Origin: an uncultured archaeon
GTDB lineage: Archaea > Asgardarchaeota > Heimdallarchaeia > Heimdallarchaeales > Heimdallarchaeaceae
Length of the DNA stretch: 64,000 bases
Direction of reading: 5' to 3'
Assembly: GCA_964549075.1 (NCBI GenBank)
Contig: CAZJUB010000003.1
Location: 24,283 to 88,282 of the forward strand
The notes below the pieces were generated by a model. That model was given only the letters and a program-made list of their open reading frames with translations, was not told where the DNA came from and ran no database searches. Position 1 is the first letter of the stretch, and the number at the start of each line of letters is the position of its first letter. The position numbers and the translations under genes were made by a program. Shown here piece by piece: positions 1 through 10,583 of the stretch.

Positions 1-2
1 TT

Positions 3-608
3 CTAAAATCTAAGCTTCCTCTTACTGATAGGATTGATCTCTTGTTTAGCACTTCCTTATTCCTAATTGCTGCATCTGTTTATCTTAACGTACTATTTTA
101 TGTTATTATGTATCTTACAAAAAGCCCAGTAATTAGAGTCACTGCTGGAAGTTTTCCTCCTCTTATTATTATGCCGATAGCTTTCGCATTTTCTTATCAA
201 ATATCGGGGATAATTTCTGTTTTGTTTGCTAGAAAAAGTGGTATTAAAAGTATGAAACCATTTGATTTAATATACTTCCTTATTTTAGCACTTGTTCTAA
301 ATCCTTTCACTGTTTATGCAGTTTTTAAATCTATTTTCTTAAGAAGAATTCCAATTAGAGGTAAAGATGAGTGGAATGAGAAGGTCTCATATCTTTTTAT
401 CTCCTTTATTATTTCTTTATTGGGAGGAGGTTTAGTAGTGATAACAGTGCTGGATTTGATTAGCTCTGGAGTTGGAGGTTCATTCTGGTTGGTTTTAGGT
501 TTACTAGGACTTTCTATGGTAGCTACTTTTCCAGTATGTTTGTATCTACATCTTACAACAAAACACAACAAACCTTATTTTGTTAAAGAAAATAATGCAT
601 ATCATTGA
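3..608 (+). CDS. C-terminal membrane part of a GT2 glycosyltransferase (5'-truncated by the window edge)
   Basis: The frame is open from position 3 (LKSKLPLTDRIDLLFST...). DRIDLL parallels NKIDIT that follows QxxRW in the next gene, and the multi-TM layout is similar. It overlaps the next gene by 4 bp. Confidence 0.6.
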   Translation, partial: LKSKLPLTDRIDLLFSTSLFLIAASVYLNVLFYVIMYLTKSPVIRVTAGSFPPLIIMPIAFAFSYQISGIISVLFARKSGIKSMKPFDLIYFLILALVLNPFTVYAVFKSIFLRRIPIRGKDEWNEKVSYLFISFIISLLGGGLVVITVLDLISSGVGGSFWLVLGLLGLSMVATFPVCLYLHLTTKHNKPYFVKENNAYH

Positions 609-2302
609 GCGGACCAATAATGCAATGGAAAAGGAATCTTTGGTATAGTCTGACTCTCCTCTTATTGTTGTTTTTAACGTTCTATATCGGATATAGTAGC
701 TATGTTATTGTAAAACAGTTGTCACCTTATCTTCCTAATTGGAAGGCTATTCTTGGTCTAATTCTTAATTTTCTGATATTGTTACTTGAACTTTTGTCTA
801 CATTCTACTCCATATTTATCTACTACTTCATTGGTTCTTCTTCAACCTATCGAATATCAAAAGATATGAATAATAAATATCTATCAAGTACACCTCTTCC
901 TAACGTTATAATAGCAATCCCTCTCTACAAAGAACCTCTCACTGTTGTTTCCAAGACAATTGAAGGTGCATTAAAAATCGATTATCCTGCAGATAGATAT
1001 GAAGTGATAGTCTGTGATGACAGTCCGGAAGAACTCTCTCATGATATAATGCATTTTTGTGAAGAAAAAAATATCCGTTTTATTCATAGAGATACTAGAA
1101 AAGGATTCAAAGCAGGTGCTCTAAATAACGTTCTTCAACAAGTTCAATGTGATTTTTTCAGTGTTCTTGATTCTGATCACATCCCTACACCCAATTTCAT
1201 TAAAACATGTTTATCTGGATTTACTGAAGATGATGTAGTCTTAGTTCAAGGAAAACCAATGTTTGTTAATCAAGAAGATTACTTGATGAGAAGTAGTTCC
1301 TTTATCCACACACAATTCTTTCATGTGTATCAGAAAAGTAGAGGAACTCGAGGTGGAGTTATATTTGCAGGAACAACAGGAATGTTTAGAACAGATTTAC
1401 TTAAAGATTTTGGAGGATTTTTAGAAGATACACTTGCAGAAGATTCTGATACTTCATTTATGTTGTTAAGTCAAGGATATAAAACAAAGTATATTCATGA
1501 AATTTGTTCTCATGGTTTGGTTCCTTGGAATCCTATAAGTATGATAAATCAAGTGTGGAGATGGACTAATGGTATAACTTCAATCTTCAGAAAAAGATTC
1601 TTTAAAATTCTTAGGGGTCATAATTCATTTATAAATAAAATTGATATAACTTCTACAATTCTTACTCCGATAATTGGAGTTACTATGTGGTTTGTTTACC
1701 TTTTACTTTTTGTTATGTATATGCTTAGTACAGAAACTCTGGGAGGAATTCCTGAATTTCAATTTATTAGACCAGATTTAGGATCAGTACCTTGGATACT
1801 TTTTGCACCTCTTCTTATCTCTTTTGCTAGTCTAATTATGGCATTTGTTTCTTGGATTCGAGAAAGTAAAGAAGACAGAATGATCAAATTAAGAGGATTA
1901 TTTGGAATGACTTGGACTATCGGTGTTTTTTATCTTTTAATGATGACAGCACAATCATTCTTGGTTTGGGCAGTTTTAAGTGCTTTACTCGGCGTAAGAA
2001 AGGATTTTGATCGTACAATAAAGGAGAAAACAAAGACTTTAGGAAGGATGAGTAAAAAGATCAAATATGCTATCTGGTCATTCGTGCTCTTTTTAATATC
2101 AGGAGCATATTTCTATGCAAGTTATCATACATTCTTTGTTTCAGGAAGTTTCCTATTTGGATGGTTTATAATTGCAGCTATTACAACTTTAATACCTATC
2201 ATCATTACACTTACCCATTTTAAAAAACTTGATATCATGAGAGAGATTGCTGCAACTAAAACAGCTGCAGATGTTGAATCAGAATCAGAGGGGATAAACT
2301 AG
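605..2302 (+). CDS. Processive GT2 glycosyltransferase, cellulose synthase (BcsA/NdvB)-like
   Basis: Motifs DDS, FKAGALN, DSD, TLAED and QVWRW (D,D,D,QxxRW); 2 N-terminal and about 5-6 C-terminal TM helices. Confidence 0.85.
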   Translation: MSGPIMQWKRNLWYSLTLLLLLFLTFYIGYSSYVIVKQLSPYLPNWKAILGLILNFLILLLELLSTFYSIFIYYFIGSSSTYRISKDMNNKYLSSTPLPNVIIAIPLYKEPLTVVSKTIEGALKIDYPADRYEVIVCDDSPEELSHDIMHFCEEKNIRFIHRDTRKGFKAGALNNVLQQVQCDFFSVLDSDHIPTPNFIKTCLSGFTEDDVVLVQGKPMFVNQEDYLMRSSSFIHTQFFHVYQKSRGTRGGVIFAGTTGMFRTDLLKDFGGFLEDTLAEDSDTSFMLLSQGYKTKYIHEICSHGLVPWNPISMINQVWRWTNGITSIFRKRFFKILRGHNSFINKIDITSTILTPIIGVTMWFVYLLLFVMYMLSTETLGGIPEFQFIRPDLGSVPWILFAPLLISFASLIMAFVSWIRESKEDRMIKLRGLFGMTWTIGVFYLLMMTAQSFLVWAVLSALLGVRKDFDRTIKEKTKTLGRMSKKIKYAIWSFVLFLISGAYFYASYHTFFVSGSFLFGWFIIAAITTLIPIIITLTHFKKLDIMREIAATKTAADVESESEGIN

Positions 2303-5073
2303 TGCAAATCGATATAAGAATAGTAATTCCAGTGTTATCGATTCTTTCTCTTGGTTCTCTTTTTACTGACGTTCTTAAAAGAAGAATTCTGAGAATCAAG
2401 AATGATAGTCCGTTTTTAGAACTGTTAGCAGAATCTCTTGTTTTTGGAACCCTGATTCTTATAGTACCTATGATCGGGCTTGCTTGGATAGCAGAACGCT
2501 TGAGAAATGATGTAATTTTAGAAACCTATGTGTACATCTATCTTGCAATTGGGTTGTTATATCTAGTATATAAAATTTATATCTGGGTGAGAAGAAAATT
2601 ACCAGATTTGATGTTAGCTGAACGAAAGAAAATCAGCAAATCGTTAGAGATTCTCTTAATTGTTCTTGTTCTTTCAATGATTTTCTTTTATATACTTCAA
2701 GTCCTTGTTTACCCTCTTAAAGGCTGGGATTTTCTTCATTTTTATCTTCCAAATTCATTTAGATTATTTTTAACAGGTCAATTAAGTAAAATTAACGAGC
2801 TCACTTTCTTACCACAATACAAACCACCGATGAACATTTTTCTATATGCTTATACTTTCTTTGTGACTCAAGCTGAAATGATACAGTTGGTTCCGCTATT
2901 GTTCTTAGCTGGGACTGTTTACTATTGTTATAGAATCTCACAAACAATTGGTCTCTCGAAAAAAACATCACTATTCGCAGTTATTGCCTTCTTAGCTACT
3001 CCTTTAACTTTTTTCTTAGTATATGAATACATTTACTACCAAGAAATCTTCATCATGTTTTTTGTTACAGCTTCCTTTTATTATTACAAACGTTTTCTTA
3101 AGAGCCAACAAACCAAATCACAGATTTATTATGTTATTTTAACTGCTTTTAGTATGTCTGGATGTGTATTGAGTAAACTAAGTGGTTTTATCATCCCGAT
3201 CGTGATTTTCGTGGCAATGCCTTCTGACAAGATAGGAAAAATTATACGAAGTGTGTTAGTGGTTGGATTTGCTGTACAACTGATTAGAAAATCTCTTTTT
3301 GATATTTTTCTTGGAACAAGTATTTTCTTGATTTTGCTAACTCTGTGTTGTATTTACTTTATTTTAACAAGTGAAGAACTTCAGTTTTCCTGGAAAAGGT
3401 GGATTTACACAATAGGAATCCTCCTCCCACCAATAATAATTGCTGTTTTCTGGGGATTGTATATGATAACAATACCAGGAATAAGCAATCTACTAAAAGA
3501 GATGTTCTTAAGTGTAAAATATACAAAAGTTAGCTTAGTTTGGCCTGGAATTAATCTCCCTAATACTGAGACTTATCTAGAAAATGCTCATACTGCTACA
3601 TTTCTCTCCTCTTCATTTTCTATTTTAATTGCATCAATGTTTGCAGGTACTTGGATTTTTATCAAACTTGTTGGCTTTGTGAAATCAAATAAAAAATATA
3701 ATGATATTGTTCTTTGGGCTCTATTCTTTTTCATGTTTTGGCAAGGGATCTATGCTATGGGTTCAATCAGATATATTGTTCCTTTATTAGTCCCTTTAGC
3801 TATAATATGTGCAATAGGTTTTGAATCTATAGTATCTTTACTTAATTCTAAAGATGGAGGTAATCGTGATGGTTTTATCAGTTTCCTTTTCCTCATTGCA
3901 ACTGGTTATTTATCTATTTTTCCAGTTTTACCTATTGAAACTGTTTTTGAACCATTTCACCTCAGATGGTATTATGCGCACACTCATCTGTTATCTTTGC
4001 TAGGCTATATTATCTTTTTCAATATGCTGGCTTTTCTTTTATTATGGAAAGAGGAACAACTCAAACTTGGTTTTTCGCAGATTTATGTTAAGAAGATGAA
4101 TTTTAGAAAGATTCTTTCAGGATTGCTTATTTTTATAATCGGCTTTGTTCCTTTTAGTGTCCAATTTGTTCTTCTTTCATCTGTTGGTTTTGATATTAAT
4201 CAATTCCAAGGTGAGTATACGTATGATTATAGGTTTTCGTTGCAGGAATTAATTGATGCTATTAATCGATTAGGCTATACTGATGATCAAGTGGTTTTGA
4301 CTATCAATACTCCTGGTTTGGAATATTACGCATCCCAACCTGTTATTGATTTATTCATGATTGATTTACTTAGTGAATCTGGTTTATCTAATACTACGGT
4401 GCCTTTTTGGAGCTCTAACATAACTAGAAATCTTGAATTTCTAGATGAGTATAAAGTAACAATTTTCGTCGCTTTGAATTGTTCAAATGATTGGTTCCCA
4501 GCATATCTACAAAGAATGTACTGGAATATACCTCTTCTGAGATTTATGAATAATAATAATTATTTTATATATAGATTCTCAAATGATGAATTCTTCCTAT
4601 ATACGATTAAAAATTTTAACGAGTTTGTTGGACCTGTTGATATCTTAATGAAAGGTGAATCTAGCCAAGCTAGTCTTCTCAATCTAGCTCCTCTTTCGTT
4701 AAAAATTAAGGGAACTCAAGCATCAATAGGTACCTTACTTGATCTAACTTTTGCTCAAACTTCACAACCTATTTCTGTTAATATATCTGCTCAATATTAT
4801 ACTTCTGAAAACCAGACAATGCAATATGAATTTAGTAATCATTTACTTTATAGACCAGAAAATGAAAGTTTTACATTTCTTCCTCTCTTCGATTTACCGG
4901 TTGATTCAGTAAATCTCTATCGCATACATGTCAGTATTGAATACACCTCGTACCTTGGTTATCTAAAATCTTTCCAATATCATTTAAAACCTGCTACTGG
5001 ACCTACTGTAAACATAACTAGATCGGAAGGTTCTTGGTACTATGTTGGATATGAAGGTTTGATTTTTTACTAG
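2302..5073 (+). CDS. GT-C fold (ArnT/PMT-like) multipass membrane glycosyltransferase with C-terminal extracellular domain
   Basis: More than 12 TM segments; first-loop GWDFLHFYLP and YKPP; LSKLSG and RYIVPL motifs typical of GT39/83-like proteins; N-x-S/T-rich soluble tail. Confidence 0.6.
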   Translation: MQIDIRIVIPVLSILSLGSLFTDVLKRRILRIKNDSPFLELLAESLVFGTLILIVPMIGLAWIAERLRNDVILETYVYIYLAIGLLYLVYKIYIWVRRKLPDLMLAERKKISKSLEILLIVLVLSMIFFYILQVLVYPLKGWDFLHFYLPNSFRLFLTGQLSKINELTFLPQYKPPMNIFLYAYTFFVTQAEMIQLVPLLFLAGTVYYCYRISQTIGLSKKTSLFAVIAFLATPLTFFLVYEYIYYQEIFIMFFVTASFYYYKRFLKSQQTKSQIYYVILTAFSMSGCVLSKLSGFIIPIVIFVAMPSDKIGKIIRSVLVVGFAVQLIRKSLFDIFLGTSIFLILLTLCCIYFILTSEELQFSWKRWIYTIGILLPPIIIAVFWGLYMITIPGISNLLKEMFLSVKYTKVSLVWPGINLPNTETYLENAHTATFLSSSFSILIASMFAGTWIFIKLVGFVKSNKKYNDIVLWALFFFMFWQGIYAMGSIRYIVPLLVPLAIICAIGFESIVSLLNSKDGGNRDGFISFLFLIATGYLSIFPVLPIETVFEPFHLRWYYAHTHLLSLLGYIIFFNMLAFLLLWKEEQLKLGFSQIYVKKMNFRKILSGLLIFIIGFVPFSVQFVLLSSVGFDINQFQGEYTYDYRFSLQELIDAINRLGYTDDQVVLTINTPGLEYYASQPVIDLFMIDLLSESGLSNTTVPFWSSNITRNLEFLDEYKVTIFVALNCSNDWFPAYLQRMYWNIPLLRFMNNNNYFIYRFSNDEFFLYTIKNFNEFVGPVDILMKGESSQASLLNLAPLSLKIKGTQASIGTLLDLTFAQTSQPISVNISAQYYTSENQTMQYEFSNHLLYRPENESFTFLPLFDLPVDSVNLYRIHVSIEYTSYLGYLKSFQYHLKPATGPTVNITRSEGSWYYVGYEGLIFY

Positions 5074-8000
5074 TCATTTCCTTCTAGAATAAGCTATTTT
5101 CTTGACTTTACTTGTTTTTCTTGTAATTATAAAAGTTGTAACGACTGCAACGAACATAGTAAACACCAAATTAAGTGCAAATATAAACCAGCTTCCACGA
5201 GGAATAAAGGTATGACCAAAAAAGACAGTTTGATTCAAACTTGACAAAATAAAAAGTACAAGATTTCCAAAACCATACCCAATAATTGATGCAATAAAAG
5301 CTATAAAACCAACTCTAGCAAAAATGGCAGATATTACATGTAAATTGGTACCTCCAACCATTTTAATGATAGAAGTTTCTTTTCTGCTTTCTGAATAAAG
5401 ATTTTGGATAATAGAATTCATATTAACGACTACAACTATCAGAATAAGAAGAACCTCTGCATAAGCTAGCGTATAGGTAAATAATAAAGAACCTTGAAGA
5501 TAATGATCTACATATTCATAAGAAAGGGAAATTAAGAATGCAAAGCCAGAAATTGACTTAAAAGGTATTTTCGACCATTGATCCTCAGTTTCACTTGGAA
5601 TGATAATAGTTATTTTTTCCATACTTGGTTCGAAAGCTCTTCTAAGATTGATTATAGTGCCATTTTTTAGGTAAATTGTTAAGTCAACTATTCCATATGA
5701 GAGATATAAAGTAACATCAGAGGATAATCCTGTATTTGTTATGATACTCCCTTCGTAAACTGTTGTAATTTCTACAGGCAAGTTGTAAATTTTCGTTCCA
5801 TTATCGTACTGAAATTGGAAAATAATTTGTTGTTTTTTAGAAGGAACTTTAAATTCGATAAAATTCTGAGAAAGATAAATATCATGATTAAACACAGCAA
5901 TACCCTCACCTGTACTAATAAAATAAAAATTGTAGGTACCCGCATCTAAATTGGTTGTATATACTCTTCCATTTTGGTCAGTATAACTTGATAAAACGCG
6001 ATTCCCATATTCATCTCTAATTACGCAATATAAGCCATTTACAGCAGAATTAGCAAAAGTATCTCTCACTTCAATAATGGTGTATGCACCATTTAACCAT
6101 ATTATTTGATTTTCACCATCATTAGTGTCAAGTCTAAAATTGTAAACTTTCGAATCATATTCAAACGAAACATTGTATAAACCTTCAAAGATGTTAAAGG
6201 TAACAGTTCCATTGCTGCTTGAATGTAATAATAAAATAGTCGAGTTATAATAATTAGATACTGACATACTTAAATTATTAATGGAATACAAGACATCATC
6301 GATTTTGTATTGAAAGATTAATTCTTGAGAAGAATATGATAAGTTGACTTTAAAAGTATAAAATATTGTTCTCTCATTTCCATATGTATCAGTAAGATAA
6401 AATACCATTGAGTGTTCTCCTCCAGAACTGAAAATGATGTTTTGTGGAGAAGTGTATTCGTATATAACTGAATCTGATGTAAACATGAAAAGAATTTCAG
6501 CAGCATCGCTTTCAACAACGAGTTGGGTAGAGAGTCCTGAATTTCCTTTTGCTGGAGATACAATCTCTAAACTCGGTTCTGCTGTATCAACAATAAAATC
6601 ATAACTAAAAGATTCGTTTGAGATTAAAGGATATTGATACTCCAAAGTGTAATATCCATCTGTAATGAATAAAGAATCAATAGATGACAAATTGAAAACC
6701 ATATCATAGTAAATAAAATTCAATGAAATCTCTGTTGGAATTGAATCATTTATATCACTTGCATATATCTCATTGTAGTCAAATCCCTCACTAATTTCAA
6801 ACGCCCATGTTCTTGATCTGCTTTCAAACAGATCTATCCAGAGAGTCACAGTCAGAGTATAAGTACCTGGGAAAAGATATTCTCTTTGAGCCCCTAAAAC
6901 ATGACCATATCTGAGCGTAGATTCTCCTTCTATCCTATACTCTATAAGGAGGAAGCTTTCTTGAATATAAGGACTTATATCAATAAAACTTTGATTCAAA
7001 ATTCCAGAATATTCATATTCTAAGTAAAAATCATTAGGTCCCAATGTTCCACTGAAATCAGTGACATTGAATTGGTAGAAAAGTATAATTGAGTTACCAA
7101 CAATATCTTTCGCTTTGATAGTAAGGTTGTGGAAACCATTTCCTTCTGGAATCTGAATATCCCTACCATAGACGGTAGAAAACGGAAAATCATCCCATGC
7201 AAATTGCATTAGAGATAATTCTTCATTATTTGTATAAGTAATATATTCTGTGGAATTTATTTCAGTTCCATTTATCTCAGAAAGCATAATTATCGGAGTA
7301 ACATTGTCGACTTCAATTGCGTATGATCTGTTATACCATTGTGTTTCTATGTATGTATAAAGTTTTAAAGTATTTATCCCATCTACTAAATCAGTTGTAT
7401 TTAGTTTTCCACTATGTGGTATCAAACTTAATGCTTCTGAATTCCAACTATAAAATGCACTATAATAAGGATTAAACCAGGTCTGAATGTACTCTCCGCT
7501 CCTTATTCTCAAATCGTCTCTTAATCCAATTGTTCCAATATGTCTTGGATTGTCTGAAATAATAAAAACATAAATTATCTCTTTTATTTGGCTATCATCA
7601 CTTGCTTGAAGTGTTAGTTTATGTATGCCTAATTTGTAAGGAGAGATGATAAAATTTGACTCTAATGTGATATAGTCCTCACTGTCCCACTTAAATCTTA
7701 GATTTTTATTAAATTTGTAAGTTGTATTCAAAAAAAGAAAATCATTTGGTTCAATATGCGAACCATTCATAACATTATAAAATGATAAATCGTCTGGAAT
7801 TTCATCAGTTATTGTAAAATACACTGTTGTTGATGCATAATTCAAACTCTTATTATATCCACTTGAAATGTAATCGTTGTTAAAAGCTTCAACAGTAATT
7901 GAGTGAAGACCGTTGCTGAAAGGGATATCAATACCATTGGGATATATCTCTTCTCCAGCTGCAATAAAATACTCTTTCTTTAGACCAATATTACCATCCA

Positions 8001-9333
8001 AGTAGAAATAGATAGAATACCCTGTTGTAGCTGTTACTGTAAGATTTAACTGTTGTCCAACCACCAAGCTATTATTTATTGGTCTATTAACAAAAATATA
8101 AGGATGTCTTGATATCAAAATAACTTCATAATTATTTACTTCAGATGTCATGAATGCTATAGTCTTTGTGTATCTAATGTAAGAAATTTCTGCAAAATAA
8201 CTTCCGTCACTCACAGTTAAATTGGCTTTACCATTAATATCTGTAATTGTTTGAAAATTCCTACTTTCAATATATCTTTCTGTGATATTTTGACTATATA
8301 CTTTTATTAAAGCATCTTTTATAGGTTCATCTTCATCAGTTATAACACTAAATGAGATCAATCTCTCTTTGTAAGGGATTTCCAAATTAAGAAGTGTGTC
8401 TCTCTTTAATAACAATGATTGAGTTGGCGACATTATTCCTTCAATTGTTCCTTGGATTTTATATTCTCCAAACGGGAGAGTATAAGAGATTTGATTGTCA
8501 TTTAAGATGATGGTTTCGTTAACCAATTGACCTCTTCTAGAACGTATTGTAATGGTCGCATTTACTTCTAAAAGTAAATCTGGAGTGAGTATGTTGATTG
8601 TTAACTCATATTCACTTAGGACTAAATCTCGTAATAATTCTTTATTTGGTATTAAATCTAGATTTATCTTCACTCTAATGTGTGTAACATAATCATAATC
8701 TTCGAATGCGAAAAACTGACCTATCCATAATGATGATATAATCTCATCATCCAGTAAAGTTCCTGTTTTAAAAATTGATTTGATTTTTAACTCAACAGCA
8801 GCTTCAGACCTTGTTGAAAATAAAGTAATAAAATCTCCAACATCTAAGTTATTACGTTTGGCAAAATTAATACCTATACTTACTTCAAATGAATCTGTCA
8901 AGCTGGGAAGTTGTCCTTGTAGATATTTTACTTCAGTTAGTTGCCAGAATTTGCCTACATCTACCCCTCGAAAATATACAGCTTTTTTATTATACACAGC
9001 AGCTGTCATTACTTCTGGACTAACAATTTCCACTCCTTCTATCGTACTGATAGTATCTGCTATATCTAGAGGAAGAATACTTGTATAAGGTGTCGAAGCT
9101 TCAGGACTAGATATTACCAGAATATCATCACTTTCTCCTAGATAAGAGGAGGTTGATTCAATAACACTTGATAACAAAATACCTGCTCCAGTAATGATCG
9201 TTGAGCTGATTAGAAAACCTATGAATGCAATCAATAATCTCTTTTTTGGGAGAACATTATAGAGAAATAATTTCCGATATTTATGTTCAATCCAAGCACT
9301 CAATCTCTTAAAACGAGAGCGTACGTAAAACAT
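5074..9333 (-). CDS. Giant MacB/FtsX-type ABC permease with about 1000 aa of beta-rich extracellular repeats
   Basis: N-terminal TM plus MacB-PCD signature (IEGVEIVSPEV, FRGVD, LDVGD); C-terminal FtsX motif ESRKETSIIKMVGG plus 3 TMs; Ig-like repeats in between (G.HSITVEA.., GFHNLTIKAKDIVGN, YLTDTYGN). Confidence 0.75.
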   Translation of the reverse strand: MFYVRSRFKRLSAWIEHKYRKLFLYNVLPKKRLLIAFIGFLISSTIITGAGILLSSVIESTSSYLGESDDILVISSPEASTPYTSILPLDIADTISTIEGVEIVSPEVMTAAVYNKKAVYFRGVDVGKFWQLTEVKYLQGQLPSLTDSFEVSIGINFAKRNNLDVGDFITLFSTRSEAAVELKIKSIFKTGTLLDDEIISSLWIGQFFAFEDYDYVTHIRVKINLDLIPNKELLRDLVLSEYELTINILTPDLLLEVNATITIRSRRGQLVNETIILNDNQISYTLPFGEYKIQGTIEGIMSPTQSLLLKRDTLLNLEIPYKERLISFSVITDEDEPIKDALIKVYSQNITERYIESRNFQTITDINGKANLTVSDGSYFAEISYIRYTKTIAFMTSEVNNYEVILISRHPYIFVNRPINNSLVVGQQLNLTVTATTGYSIYFYLDGNIGLKKEYFIAAGEEIYPNGIDIPFSNGLHSITVEAFNNDYISSGYNKSLNYASTTVYFTITDEIPDDLSFYNVMNGSHIEPNDFLFLNTTYKFNKNLRFKWDSEDYITLESNFIISPYKLGIHKLTLQASDDSQIKEIIYVFIISDNPRHIGTIGLRDDLRIRSGEYIQTWFNPYYSAFYSWNSEALSLIPHSGKLNTTDLVDGINTLKLYTYIETQWYNRSYAIEVDNVTPIIMLSEINGTEINSTEYITYTNNEELSLMQFAWDDFPFSTVYGRDIQIPEGNGFHNLTIKAKDIVGNSIILFYQFNVTDFSGTLGPNDFYLEYEYSGILNQSFIDISPYIQESFLLIEYRIEGESTLRYGHVLGAQREYLFPGTYTLTVTLWIDLFESRSRTWAFEISEGFDYNEIYASDINDSIPTEISLNFIYYDMVFNLSSIDSLFITDGYYTLEYQYPLISNESFSYDFIVDTAEPSLEIVSPAKGNSGLSTQLVVESDAAEILFMFTSDSVIYEYTSPQNIIFSSGGEHSMVFYLTDTYGNERTIFYTFKVNLSYSSQELIFQYKIDDVLYSINNLSMSVSNYYNSTILLLHSSSNGTVTFNIFEGLYNVSFEYDSKVYNFRLDTNDGENQIIWLNGAYTIIEVRDTFANSAVNGLYCVIRDEYGNRVLSSYTDQNGRVYTTNLDAGTYNFYFISTGEGIAVFNHDIYLSQNFIEFKVPSKKQQIIFQFQYDNGTKIYNLPVEITTVYEGSIITNTGLSSDVTLYLSYGIVDLTIYLKNGTIINLRRAFEPSMEKITIIIPSETEDQWSKIPFKSISGFAFLISLSYEYVDHYLQGSLLFTYTLAYAEVLLILIVVVVNMNSIIQNLYSESRKETSIIKMVGGTNLHVISAIFARVGFIAFIASIIGYGFGNLVLFILSSLNQTVFFGHTFIPRGSWFIFALNLVFTMFVAVVTTFIITRKTSKVKKIAYSRRK

Positions 9334-9334
9334 A

Positions 9335-10507
9335 TCATAGGTCCTCCTTTATTACTCTAATCTGTGATGCTTTGATTGAGGGGTAAATACCCGATACTAA
9401 GGATAGAGTCAAGGAGAATAGGAAGATTATCCCTATTAAACCAAGATTAATACTAAGAGGAATAAAAGGTAGATTCAGCGTAGCGGTTACAATTCCAACA
9501 ATTCCACTCACACTGAGATATCCCACAATCAAAGATAATAATCCAGCTATAAATCCGATGAAAAGAGATTGTAGCATAAATAAAAATATAATTTGCTTTT
9601 TTGTTGCTCCTATTGATCTTAAGGTGAAAATTTCTTCTTCACTCTCTCTCACTAAAGTGTAGATACTATAGGTTATAGATACTAACATCAATGTAAAAAA
9701 CATAATTTCTAAAAGAGTTAAAGTTTTGACTACATCTTCCGTAGCATATTGGATGAAGTTTTGAGTTTGTTTTTCATTCATGACATTGAGATTTCCATAT
9801 TGATTCTCTATATCTGATATGATTGTATCCATCTGTCTTTTATCACTAATTCTGAGTTCTATAAACGAGAAATATGGGACCTCTATAGGAAGAGGTAAGG
9901 TGGTTATTGAGCCTAGAAGTTCCAAATCATATTCATGTCCTGATTCAATAATATTTACAATTGAAAAGTTCTCAGCAGCAGAATAAAAATATGAATTATT
10001 TACGTAAAGATCCTCTATCTGTATCTCTATGATAGAACCTACACCAGCTGAAATAAGATATGCAGTCTGTTGACCGATAATTAATTCATCAGCATTCATA
10101 TCTCCTAATGGAGAAGAATAATGATGCTGTTGAAACTCTTCAAAAAGCGAGATGTTCAGTAGTCTTAAATGCGTATTGATCTGCAATCCCGTTTCTCCTT
10201 TAATCGTAATTGGTATATACAGCTGAGGAAGGATAACTTCAACAATAGGGGTTTGTATAGAATATTCCTGCAGAAAGTCTAAAACTTCTAAATTTATTTT
10301 ACTTTGAGAAAGACTTTTGCCGTCTTCTGATATCAGTAGAAGGTCAGATGGCTCAATTATCTCGGCCATTCCACTGATATTTGATGAATAGCCTTTAACA
10401 AGCAAAGTTGTTGCTATATAAATTACTAATCCTAAAGTTAGTGTCATAATAGCTTGATATGTTCTTTTTCTGTTGTGGAAGAAGAAACGTACACTAAATT
10501 TTAGCAT
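9335..10507 (-). CDS. MacB/FtsX (LolC/E-like) ABC permease
   Basis: TM1, extracytoplasmic domain, then ESEEEIFTLRSIGA, 3 TMs and terminal YPSIKAS motif. Confidence 0.85.
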   Translation of the reverse strand: MLKFSVRFFFHNRKRTYQAIMTLTLGLVIYIATTLLVKGYSSNISGMAEIIEPSDLLLISEDGKSLSQSKINLEVLDFLQEYSIQTPIVEVILPQLYIPITIKGETGLQINTHLRLLNISLFEEFQQHHYSSPLGDMNADELIIGQQTAYLISAGVGSIIEIQIEDLYVNNSYFYSAAENFSIVNIIESGHEYDLELLGSITTLPLPIEVPYFSFIELRISDKRQMDTIISDIENQYGNLNVMNEKQTQNFIQYATEDVVKTLTLLEIMFFTLMLVSITYSIYTLVRESEEEIFTLRSIGATKKQIIFLFMLQSLFIGFIAGLLSLIVGYLSVSGIVGIVTATLNLPFIPLSINLGLIGIIFLFSLTLSLVSGIYPSIKASQIRVIKEDL

Positions 10508-10583
10508 CAGTTATTTCCCTTCTTGAAAATATTCAAAGCTTTTGATAAAACTTTCTGAAAGAAATGAGAATAATTGGTGAGTG

